DNA of 57,811 nucleotides from Octopus sinensis (taxonomy: Eukaryota): NCBI RefSeq assembly GCF_006345805.1, contig NW_021833590.1, positions 1 to 57,811 of the forward strand, in the 5' to 3' direction. The notes under the pieces are model-generated. The model did not search any database. It was not told the origin of the DNA and was given only the letters and a program-made list of their open reading frames with translations. A program made the translations under genes and the position numbers. This document shows, piece by piece, positions 12,069 through 23,447 of this stretch. Numbering within the stretch: position 1 is the first letter of the stretch; every line of letters begins with the position of its first letter.

Positions 12069-12184
12069 ATTTATAAATTTAACTTTTAAAGGTATTATTT
12101 GATATCCTGGCCATTGCTAAAATTGATTTTCGAAAAACAAAATTATCCTACATTAGTTGTATATATATATATATATATATATAT

Positions 12185-12596
12185 ACTCTTTTACTCTTTT
12201 ACTTGTTTCAGTCATTTGACTGCGGCCATGCTGGAGCACCGCCTTTTAATCGAGCAACTCGACCCCGGAACTTATTCTTTTGTAAGCCCAGTACTTATTC
12301 TATGGGTCTCTTATGCCGAACCGCTAAGTAACGGGGACATAAACACACCAGCATCGGTTGTCTAGCAATGCTAGGGGGACAAACACAGACACACAAACGC
12401 ACACACGCATATATATATATATATACATATATACGACGGGCTTCTTTCAGTTTCCGCCTACCAAATCCACTCACAAGGCATTGGTCAGCCCGGGGCTATA
12501 GCAGAAGACACTTGCCCAAGATGCCAAGCAGTGGGACTGAACCCGGAACCATGTGGTTGGTTAGCAAGCTACTTACCACACAGCCACTCCTGCGCC
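12185..12596 (-). mobile_element. SINE family A, full length
   Basis: Reverse complement of 4494-4894. Confidence 0.92.
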
Positions 12597-12933
12597 TATA
12601 TATATATATATGTATCCATATATATCCATATATATCCATATACATGCTGGATTTTGGTCGAGTGCCCTGTATCTAGTTCTAGAAATTGTATTTCGTAAGT
12701 GGAAGACTATGCTAACGATCTTGCAGAATTTGTTTTCCTTTATTTCTTTATTTTTTTTAGAACACATTATTCGTGGTAAATGGCGAGTTTGACGTCTATT
12801 TCTAGCATACAGACTGTCCACTATTAATGGTCATTCTTCTAAATTTTGTATGTATAAAATGTTTAATCTTCGGATTTTTTAAAAATATGCTAGGCCACTG
12901 GTTTTAATTGATTAATATCAGTTTCTACCCTTA

Positions 12934-12971
<38 letters not shown>

Positions 12972-13314
12972 ACACACGTCGACATGTATACATGTATATA
13001 TTCATAGTTATGCCATAGGATAAGCGCATGCGCACACTGTCACATAGACATACACAAACATACCCCCCCTTCCCCCCACAATCTGACAATAAAACAAGTA
13101 ACCAAACAATAACAACAACACTAAAACTTTTACCATATTAACGAATTAACCAATTATCTTTGCAAATTCAATATATCGGTAATATACTTAGGAATAGATT
13201 ATGAGTTCTTAGTTTTGTGTTAGGAAAGTTAGCAGAATGGGTTTTTTAAAAAATATAATTTAGTTTGGAATTCACAGAGAGATATATCTGTAAATCGAAA
13301 TTTGATTAGCTGCA

Positions 13315-13333
13315 CGCACACACGCACGCGCGC

Positions 13334-13364
<31 letters not shown>

Positions 13365-13620
13365 AACACACACAAACACACACACACATGCACATACACA
13401 CGCACACAAACGTACGCACACATACACACACGCTCGCACACATACACACACGCACACATACGTATACACGCACATACACACGCACATACACGCGCATGCA
13501 CACATACACACACAAACACACACATGCACAAACGCACGCTCACACCCACAAACACAGACACACATCGAGATATGTCTATGTATAAGCACATACACATACA
13601 TACATACGCATATACATAAT
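13315..13620. repeat. Compound (CA)n microsatellite
   Basis: Direct tandem run. Confidence 0.9.
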
Positions 13621-14754
13621 TATACATACATATGTACATATATACATATATACATATATATATACATATATATATATATGATCAATAATAATTTTCCTTC
13701 GTTATTCTATAATTGATCGTTTCATCATCTACCGATCGTATGGATCGATATCTGCTGCCACCGTTCCTGTTTCTGCTGCCCGTTCTTATTCCAGCTTTTG
13801 TTTTTTCCTGTTGTTGTTGTTGTAGCTGAAAGGTAAACACTGATCAATAAGCGGAGAAATGCGTCACAGAAAAACTGGTTGAAATTATTTTTTTTTCACC
13901 GCCTCCTTCCCATTTATCTTTATTATCAATATCATCTTAGTGTTCGACATCGCCCTCGTCATCGCGGTTGTAGTGGTGGTTACCATCATCATCATCATCA
14001 TCATCATAATGTCGTCATAGTTTAATTGCGAGCTCTCGATGCGCTACGCTACCAATCATAATCCAATGCTTTCTGTTTTTGTGTGGATTATCCTACTGTT
14101 TGTGTATCAAAGTTTTCATATATAAACTGCCCAGATGTGCTGTTTTCTGTAATTTCTTTTTTTACGGCTGTGAATGAGACGTTTTCACATTGTAGTTTTA
14201 TCATCGCTGATTCGACGCTGACCTGTTTGACATTAGACGTTTAATATTACTCTCGTTCTCTCCCCGTCCATTTCCACTCTCTCCTTGACTCTCTCTGCTT
14301 TTGTGTGTCAACATATTCACGCATATTCTTTTATATGTATGAGGAGAACCAAAATGTTCGTCTTAATTATGTCCAGTAAATAAATTTTAATTGCTTTCTC
14401 CCCCCCCCCCCCTCTCATTCTTTCTATCTGAATGTATGTAATGCTGTCCGTCTTAGAGTGCTCTTGCCTCCAGGTCCAAAACGTATTTCCATCAAAACAG
14501 GCAGATTGTCCAGTCAGTTGTTGCAGTTTGTCAGCGTCCAAACAGCCGTACCCACTGTCTCATTCTGAGTTACATGTATATTAATTTGTTTGCATTCTCT
14601 TTAACCGTTAACCAAGGCGCTTATTATTAAAGAATTCTTCTCTCTTGTTTACAGACCGTCGTATTTGTGTTATATCTATTCTCAAATACTTATATTTGCT
14701 TAATTTCTCCATTTTATTAGGGATTATAATAAGAGATACATTATCAGATACCGG

Positions 14755-14885
14755 AACTGGTATCTCGATTTTTATCGACCCCGAGAGGATGAAAGGGAAA
14801 GTCGATTTCGGCAGAATTCGAATTTAGAACGTGATGACGGACGAAATGCTACTAAGCAATTTGCCAGGAAAGTCAACGATTTTAC
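14755..14885 (-). mobile_element. SINE family B
   Basis: atcgaccccgagaggatgaaagggaaagtcga..gaatttagaacgt. Confidence 0.75.
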
Positions 14886-15521
14886 CAACTCGCCGTCCTC
14901 AAATCTATTTATACTGATGCAGGTATTTTGACTGTGAATTTTTGCTGCTGCTGCTTATAGTTGCTTACAAGAGAAAGGGAGAAAGATTACTGGAAGATAA
15001 AGGGAGGGTGAATATTCTTCTTAAAGGGAGACAACAGTTTCAGGGTTTATGTTTTATTATGAGAGATTGACATATCCCAGAATATGGACACTTTGTTATT
15101 CTCGGAGCCCTTTTCTAGTGTATGTCTATACCTTCTATTTTCCTTTAGGATTTTATAACACTGGAACAATTTGCACTCTGTGTCATGTCTGAAGATGTAT
15201 TCTTTCATAGTTAAGAATGTGCAACATACGGCAGTGCAGTTAGCTGTTTATTCCTTGTCTATAGTTATTTGTTATATTTTACTTCAAAACAGGTTTCTGT
15301 GAGAAGTATTTTGAGCATGAGCGGCAATTGAGAGCAATTTTATCTCAACTTCCAGTCTTGCATATCTCAAAATCTTTTGCATATCTTCCTTCATCTCTGT
15401 TCAGATTCTCCATGACTTCCCCGCCCTTCAAAATTGTTGATCTTGTGCTAAAGTTAAAATAACAACAATAAATAATAATAAATAATAAATAATAATCAAT
15501 AATAATAATAATAATAATTAT

Positions 15522-15994
15522 AGAGAAAGCAACCATACTCTGAGATATGCCGATACACACAGATAGAGAAATTAAGGCCCACAGACCAGATATAGGCGAC
15601 AGAGATCATGAAGAAAAAAAATGCTTTCTAATTGATGTATCAATACCGGCAGATGACAACGTGTCTCTAAAAGAAATGGAGAAACTCTCAAAATACAAAG
15701 ACCTGGAAATAGAGGTAACTAGAATGTGGAATCTGAAAACAGAAACAATTCCTATCATAGTATGTGCATTAGGCATGATAAAAAAATATTCAGACAAATA
15801 CATAACAAAAACACCAGGACTTACAAACACATATAACATACAGAAAATTGCACTACTAGGCACTGCACACATCCTACGCAGAACACTTTCCATACAATAA
15901 CCATCAGAGCATCACAACAAATCACAGCACATACCCAAGGCACACAGAGCTGCGCTCGGTAGTGAAGTGAAAGCACGCTATAAAAATAAAACTA

Positions 15995-15997
<3 letters not shown>
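15522..15997 (+). mobile_element. R4/Dong-clade non-LTR retrotransposon 3' end with restriction-like endonuclease
   Basis: ORF 15547-15900 RPDI..CFLIDVSIPADDNVSLKEMEKLSKYKDLEIE..IIVCALG..ALLGTAHILRR is the PD..D..K RLE domain; short 3' UTR; (TAA)n on both sides. Confidence 0.85.
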
Positions 15998-16038
<41 letters not shown>

Positions 16039-16132
16039 TAATAATAATCAATAATAATAATAATAATCAATAATAATAATAACAATAATAATAATAATAA
16101 TTATTATTATTATTGTTCTATTATTATTATTA

Positions 16133-16198
<66 letters not shown>

Positions 16199-16222
16199 TA
16201 TTATTATTATTATTATTATTAT
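15998..16222. repeat. (AAT)n then (ATT)n microsatellite
   Basis: Direct runs in opposite orientations. Confidence 0.95.
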
Positions 16223-18009
16223 TGAAAGGCTTAATTGCGCTCATCATTTCTGCATTTCTGTATTTAGAGTAAAGTAGGCGCACCCGTGTCCTGCTGTTGT
16301 TGCTTGTGCTGTTCCCTTTCCTTCATATTTCCCAGTCATTCTCTGCAGAATTTCTGAAATGTCTCTTTGTTATGTATAAAAGTTAAATCTTGTACACTGC
16401 ATACGAGTATTAAAGCCTGTCCTTTCTCACCTGCAATGGGGTACAACTCATGAAACGCACTGTGGCAGTCGAGGGCCACCAGGATGTCCATAGAAACATG
16501 TCCTTAAGAAGCCCATACTCACAATTTGTATATTTTGGGTCCAAAACGTGACAATGAGTTATGGGTTAACACTATGCCCGGCGGCTGTCAAAGTTATTCG
16601 TGTATTTCTTTGCTTCAAATATTGGAGTCGACGGCTTTGAGCATCTATGTGACTTCCTACCCCGATTTCAGTTTCAAACACATTTAATATATTTGAATAT
16701 GTACTGCCCACCCCACGGAGGTATTCCTGCTTTACATATCGCCAAGGGCTACATTAGAATAGTTTTTTGATGACACAAAGAAAACCCTTAAAATTTGGAA
16801 GTGCACAAATATGAAATTTGCTTCTCTTCCCTCAAGCTTGTGAAATGATTTCAGGCAAAAGCTCACTTTTCTGGCCAAATAGTTGTGTTAAATACGTGTT
16901 GCTCAAGTAAAATGGACAGAATCAAGAGGTTGTTTGTTATTAGTTGCTTTTTCAGAAGACGAAAGCTAGATTTTCCCCTTTCTGGCTGACAGTAAAAATT
17001 TCAAGACTACTTTCGTTATGCAACTGTGTGTATAAGCGTACCATTAGTGCCGTTGGAATTGTTCACATTAGTATTATTGTTATATCACACTTTTACCCTT
17101 CAAAAGTAGAGTTTGCTGTGAATATTTATTTGCATTCAGTTTATCCTTTTTTGAAATTCGTTTCTGTGGTAAAGAGTTACAACCCGTTTCCTTTTACTGG
17201 CGATGAGGTACGGGTGCCGCTTTTTTTTTCTAATATTACACTCTGATCCCGTTTAGTAGTACAAGTAATATTGAAACTTATTGTAAACACAAGTTCCATT
17301 ATAAAGAAAAATATACATAAACGTTTTTTAAAATAGATAGTCCGATATTCCGCTCACGCAAATACTGAAGCAGGCGTGATGACAATTCTTTGTTTCCTGT
17401 TTGTAAAATAATCAAAGGAGAAAAAGTTCAGTAATCCATAATTCTCGGAAAGTTCTGCAACATGTCTGCACACGACAAACACAAATAGTAGTAGTAGTAA
17501 CAATGATAATAATAACAATAATAATCATCATCATTAATAAGTGGCGACACTTCCAATAGTTTATCTAGCCAGTGTAATTCAATATTGATCCAATGGTCTG
17601 ATTAGACTCAATTTCCGGGAATAGGCAAGATATCCCACGAACTTGAGAACTTCTATGTCTTTACTGAAACAATAAAAGTATTAGTCAAAAGTATTAGATA
17701 AAAAAATAATAAATAAATAAACACGATGGATATTTACAGGGAAAAGAATGTTGGTCGTCATGGTTAATAATATACTTCAAGATAAGAGCCGAAGAACGTA
17801 TAGCTTTGAGTAGATTTGATTTTAATGAAAGTCTGTTTTTGTCCTCAGTTAATTGTGAATTTTAGAAACACCTATTTATATATTTAATTATTCGATTAGG
17901 TTTACCAAGGGTTAAACGACAGCAGTAATTAACTTTGTATGTTATATAAATAATGATTTCTGCGTTAGAAACAATGCGTACTATTTGACGAGTGAAGGAG
18001 AGTAATTCA

Positions 18010-18170
18010 TACCATTTACTCCAATACTTGACTTCTTTATTTTATCCGTCCCGAAATGATGAAAGGTAAAGTTGATCTCATCAGAATTCGAACTCAGAAC
18101 GTAAAGAGTCAGGGAAAAAGTGACATCGAATGGCATTCTCTTCGAAGTTTTAACGATTCTGCGAATCCAT
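18010..18170 (-). mobile_element. SINE family B, degenerate
   Basis: gatgaaaggtaaagttgatctc..gaattcgaactcagaacgtaaagag. Confidence 0.65.
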
Positions 18171-18276
18171 AAAACAAAAAATCGAAACAAAACAAAAAAC
18201 AATTAATTCCAAGAATGTCTTCTAAACTGTATCGCTTCATAAAATGTCTAATTTAGTGTAATTTATTTGCCTAGGG

Positions 18277-18592
18277 TGGAGGCGCAATGGCCCAGTGGTT
18301 AGGGCAGCGGACTCGCGGTCGGAGAACTGCGGTTTTGATTCCCAGATCGGGCGTTGTGTGTGTTTATTGAGCGAAAACACCCAAAAGCTCCACGAGGCTC
18401 CGGCAGGGGTGGTGGTGGCGACCCCTGTTGTACTCTTTCGCCACAACGTTCTCTCACTCTCTCTTCCTGTTTCTTGAGGAACACTGCGATGGACTGGCGT
18501 CCCATCCAGCTGCGGGGAGCACATGCTCCACAGAAACCGGGAACCGGGCCCATGAGCCTGGCTAGGTTTCAAAAGGGCGACGTTTATCGTTT
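18277..18592 (+). mobile_element. Full-length tRNA-derived SINE (family C) with 15-bp TSD
   Basis: A box tggcccagtggttag, B box ggttttgattccc, central gcgatggactggcgtcccatccag..cagaaaccgg; TSD tttatttgcctaggg at 18262-18276 and 18593-18607. Confidence 0.88.
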
Positions 18593-18674
18593 TTTATTTG
18601 CCTAGGGCTATGCCGTGCTGATGATTTCAAAATTTTTTAAATGTCTTTATACATGGCTACTTATCTATTGCCAT

Positions 18675-19020
18675 CTACTTGTTTCAATCGTTAGACTGCG
18701 GCCATGCTGGGGTACCGACTTGAAGGGTTATAATCGAAGAAATCGATCTTATGACTTTTAAGCCTGGCACTTATTCTGTCGGCGTTTTTTTTTTTTTGTT
18801 GAACCTTTAAGTTACGAGGACGTAAAGAAACAGCACTGGTCGTCAACCGGTGTAAGGGGACACAAAGACAAACAATTAGACAGACACACACACACAGATA
18901 CGACGGGCATTTTTCAGCTTCCGTTTACTAAAATCCACTCACAAGGCTTTGGTTGGTGCAAGGCTTTAGTAGAAAATACTTACCGAAGGTGCCATGCAGT
19001 GGCACTGAACCCGGGACGCC
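18675..19020 (-). mobile_element. SINE family A, diverged
   Basis: gactgcggccatgctgg..aaatccactcacaaggctttgg..ggcactgaacccgg. Confidence 0.8.
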
Positions 19021-19791
19021 TGGGTGATTTCTGGGAATCCCAACCATTAGACGGAAAAGAATTTAAGATCTTCGTAATGGGTAGAAAGAAAAATAAAGTA
19101 TTTAAATGCGTATATTCTGTGTATCTTGTCTTCGTTGTTACTTTTTGATTCAAAATCCAAAAATTTAACGCCGCCATGCTTAGTCTAAAAGTGATTACCT
19201 CCGTTACAATAACTGCCGTTGGCAAACACCATGTAAAAGTTTCTGATTTACGTACAAACAGCAATTTTGAGAAGGGGTTAATCGATAAGAGTCTGTTGTC
19301 CGGAGTATGGGACTGGTGCTTGAATTTTATCGATCAAGAAATAACGAATGGCAAAGTTAACTTGGCTCATTTGAACGTCGAACGTCAAGGTTTGGAATAA
19401 AACATTACATGACTGAGAGACTTAGCCCGATGCCATCGACCGTAGTACTTTATTGGTACTTTATTTTATCAGTTCCGATATGATGAAAAGTGGAAGATAA
19501 AGTTGACTACAGTGGGTGTTGGTCTCAGAGCATAAAGAGTTCAACAAAACATCACATGGCATTTTGTCCGACATCTTAACATTCTCGTAAATACCACCCC
19601 TTGTTTTGCAAATAATATTATGCGATATTTGTAAATAATAAATACCTCGACTTCTGGTACTTACATCATTATTTGTCGATCCACTAGTGTATATAACAAA
19701 TCTCCCTCTCTCTCTCTCTCTCTCCCTCCTCTCTCTCTCTCTCCCTCCTGTCTCTCTCTCTCTCTCTCTCTCAATATATATATATATATAT

Positions 19792-22350
19792 AAACTTAGA
19801 TAAACTTAGATAGGTTTCGACCAAAGATTGGTCCAGGCCATGTCTAACTTAATAGCACCACCTGATAGGATTATCTAAATCCTGTTTAAGTCAAGTTTTG
19901 TTTATGGCCCATTTAAGTAGTGAGTTTTTGTTGGGTGAGTTGTATAATATTATTTGCAAAACAAGGGGTGGTATTTACGAGAATGTTAAGATGTCGGACA
20001 AATGCCATGTGATGTTTTGTTGAACTCTTTATGCTCTGAGACCAACACCCACTGTAGTCAACTTTACCTTCCACTTTTCATCATATCGGAACTGATAAAA
20101 TAAAGTACCAGTAAAGTACTACTGTGGCTTATCTGGTATTCCTTGAAGGAATCTATCCAGACTCCGTTTAAAGTTGATGGGATCCTTTTCCTCTTTGATC
20201 TCTTTCGGGACAATGTTAAATAGGGCAGGACCTGTTGAGGAAAAGAAATTATGTTGCAGTGTACATGTATGCTGTGATCTTGAATTGGGCAGGGGACGTA
20301 TGGCCCGTGGTCCCAGTCTTGGATGAACCTTGAAGCTAATGTTCGGGTCATTTGGGCAAAGTTGGCGGTATATTCTCCACATCGTACAAATGATGTACCG
20401 CTCACGGCGACGCTGGAGGGAGTAAAGTTTCAAGGCTTTAAGGCGATCCCAATAATCGAGAACAGCTATGCCTTCAATTCGTTTAGTGAGTACCCTCTGG
20501 GGTGATTCAATCCTCGAGATGTTTTGTCTTGTATGGGGAGACCACAGTGGGCAGCAGTATTCGAGGTGTGGCCGAACAAAGGAGGAGAAAAGTGGTATGA
20601 TGACACCTTGTTCTCTGGACCGATAAGTTCTTAAGATCCAGGAACTCATCCTACGAGCTATATCGACCTTCTTGTTGATGTGTGCACTCCAACTGAGATC
20701 ATCAACAATTACGCCCAGGTCTCTGATGTTGTTAGAGGCTGTGAGCGGTTCCCCCGAAGGAAGAGAGTATGGCTGTTTTAGTGTGGAATTTCTTCCAAAA
20801 TGCATCAGCTCGAATTTTCCCTCGTTCAGTTGCATTTTGTTTCTGTCTGCCCATTGACTCACAGCGTATAGATCAGACTGGAGTTGAGTTCGGTCTGCTT
20901 CTTCATTGACGATTTGCTGGAGCTTAGTGTCATCAGCAAATATTTTCACTTTGCAGTAATGTACGACACTGGAAAGGTCGTTTATGCAAATTATAATGAG
21001 TAGCGGGCCCAAGACAGTCCCATGGGGGACACCGCTGGTGACTTTTGCTGGGCTTGAGTCGTCTCCTTCGACTACAACATGTTGTGCTCTATTCGCCAGG
21101 AAATCCATTATAGAAGTTTTCCACGGATTCCAACATTTGCCAATTTTGAGAGTAGGATATTATGGTGAACCCTGTCGAATGCTTTACTGCAGTCAAGATA
21201 TATGACATCAGAATTCGAACCTGTTCTCAAGGCTTTAAGTATATCTTCAATGTGGTGTAAGAGCTGTGTTAGACAGTCCCTGCCACAGCGAAAGCCATGC
21301 TGATTTTCATTTAGGAGTTTGTGGGTCTCCAGGAAGTCAGCTATCTTTGATCTTAACACTCTTTCAAACACTTTAATGATGTGGGAGGTGAGTGAGATTG
21401 GGCGATAGTTGACTGCGAGGGATCTGTTTCCCTGTTTGAAAACCGGGATGACAGACTGGGATAGAAGCTGTTTCGGTATATAACCTGAGCCTAACGAATT
21501 TCTCCAGAGGTTGGTCAGAGGGACTGCAAGTTGGTATCTACATTCCTTCAGGAGACTAACGGGGAATCTATCAGGGCATACAGCAGAATAGTATTTGACC
21601 TCATTTATTGCTGCTATGATGTCAGAGGCAGTGAAGGTTATGTCTGAGATTTTATGTTGGGAATCAACTTCGTTCGCTTTCTCTTACGTCAATATTAGTG
21701 GGAACACTAAAGACAGAGCAGTATTGTTTCTGCAGTATTTCTGCCATTTCTTTAGCATCGTGTTGGGGAATGCCGTTATCATCAATCAATGGCCCAATGG
21801 GTGAGACAGTGGTTCTATGCTTATTTGCATAAGAATAGAACACTTTTGGGTTCTGTTTGATGTTTTTGATTACCGACTGTTCCTCCACAGCTCTTTGATT
21901 TTCAATGGAGGTTTTCATGTCGGTCTGCAGATGAAGTTTTTCCAACTCCAGCCTTTTCATTGTTGTTGAATGTGGATGTTGTATGTGGGAATATTTTAAT
22001 TGGTTGATTTTTTTATTGAGTCTTTTGATGCGCCTGATGAGTGTTTTTTTCTTTTTAGGGAGGCGGTTTCTCTTTGTGTTAGTGGATTTCATCGGAGCGT
22101 GTTTTGAGCATGTATAGTTGACAATGTTCTCAAAGTGCTGCCATGCGGTCTCAATTTGGGTGGGATCGAGAGTAAAAGACCAGTCGATGAAAGACAGATC
22201 CTTTCTGATTGCTCCCCAGTCCGCTTTGTGGAAGTTTATGTTGTCAAATGAGTGCCATGGAGTGGGATTGGCTGGTTTGGTTTTGATTTGCCGGGAATTA
22301 AAATTGCGGAGTACTATGTCGAGGTCTGAGAGGAGTGTTTTCAACTGAGG
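19792..22350 (-). mobile_element. CR1-group LINE copy 1, 5'-truncated, disrupted ORF2
   Basis: ORFs 21664-22344, 21108-21371, 20119-21108: NQHGFR, YLDCSKAFD, GVPHGTVLGP, FADD, RPHLEYC, LYSLQRRRERY; 3' tail hairpin plus (TCTAAGTTTA)n. Confidence 0.92.
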
Positions 22351-22611
22351 ATGGCCCTAAAGTAGGTTTACTTTTATCACGTAGGCTCTTTAAATTTCTT
22401 TTAAAACATACGTTTAAATTTCTATCTTATGATTAACAAAATTAGCATGGAATAATGGTTTTATATGTTTTTTAATTAAGATCAAATCTGTTAATATATG
22501 AATGTGAAAGAGATAGTTGAATAACTGTAAACCTACTTTTGGGCCACCCTGTATGTATATATATATGCATATATACATACATACAGACATATATATATAT
22601 TTATATCTTCT

Positions 22612-22778
22612 ATACTCTAGGCACATGGCCCGAGATTTTCGAGGAGGGGGCCAGTCGATTAGATCGACGCTAGTACGCAACTGGTACTTAAGTTATCGAC
22701 CTCGAAAGGATGAAAGGCAAAGTCGACCTCGGTGGAATTTGAACTCAGAATGTAAAGACAGACGAAATACTGCTAATA
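22612..22778 (-). mobile_element. SINE family B
   Basis: aactggtactta..atcgacctcgaaaggatgaaaggcaaagtcgacctcggtggaatttgaactcag. Confidence 0.85.
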
Positions 22779-22779
22779 C

Positions 22780-23045
22780 ATACACACACACACAAACACA
22801 CAGGCACACACTCAATCACACACACACAGACACACACACACATACACACACATACACACACACAGACAGACAGACACACACAGACAGACAGACACACACA
22901 GACAGACACACACACACAACACACACACAAACACACAGGCACACACTCAATCACACACACACAGACAGACAGACACACACAGACAGACAGACACACACAG
23001 ACAGACACACACACACAACACACACACAAACACACACATATATAT
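22780..23045. repeat. Compound (CA)n/(CAGA)n microsatellite with ~120-bp internal duplication
   Basis: acacacaaacacacaggcacacactcaatcacac occurs twice (~22790, ~22922). Confidence 0.85.
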
Positions 23046-23410
23046 ACAGAAGAAATCCCGAGGTGCTCAATATAGAAGCACAATATAGAAAACAGTTTGT
23101 AGCACTCAAATGATTTGAACCAACACTCCGAAAGCTTTACTCGGAGCCAAGTTTGCAGGGCAAAGAGTAGCTATAAGAGGAATTCAGACAAGCAGGCAAG
23201 CAGACAATGATGCAAATAAGCGAATCAAATTGATTGTGTTTGACATACAAAATATATATCCATGTATTCATGTAAACAGCAACAATATAGACTGAACATT
23301 TTCAGACAATGAATATTGAAGTATGACTATCTCTATAGATATACAGATGGCGCATCATTACCTTTTCGCCTTTATTTTTCTGTCTTTGTACTCTGTACAA
23401 GTTTGCCCTG

Positions 23411-23445
<35 letters not shown>

Positions 23446-23447
<2 letters not shown>

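Larger units (their letters stand above)
11312..12938. repeat. Diverged inverted pair (11312-11707 / 12640-12938)
   Basis: gggtagaaattgatattaatcaattaaaaccagtggcctagcatatt.. and ..gaactagatacag..aaatccagcatgta both recur in reverse at 12640-12938, roughly 80% similar by eye. Confidence 0.75.

Noticed and set aside
14317-14560. Minus-strand GYGCLDA resembling the proprotein convertase GYGLLDA motif
   Set aside because: Following residues do not match, no splice signals, no other convertase exons seen
16944-17246. 100-aa ORF; antisense NTNVNNSNGTNGT resembling a PIF1 helicase motif
   Set aside because: No further motifs, stops nearby; chance similarity
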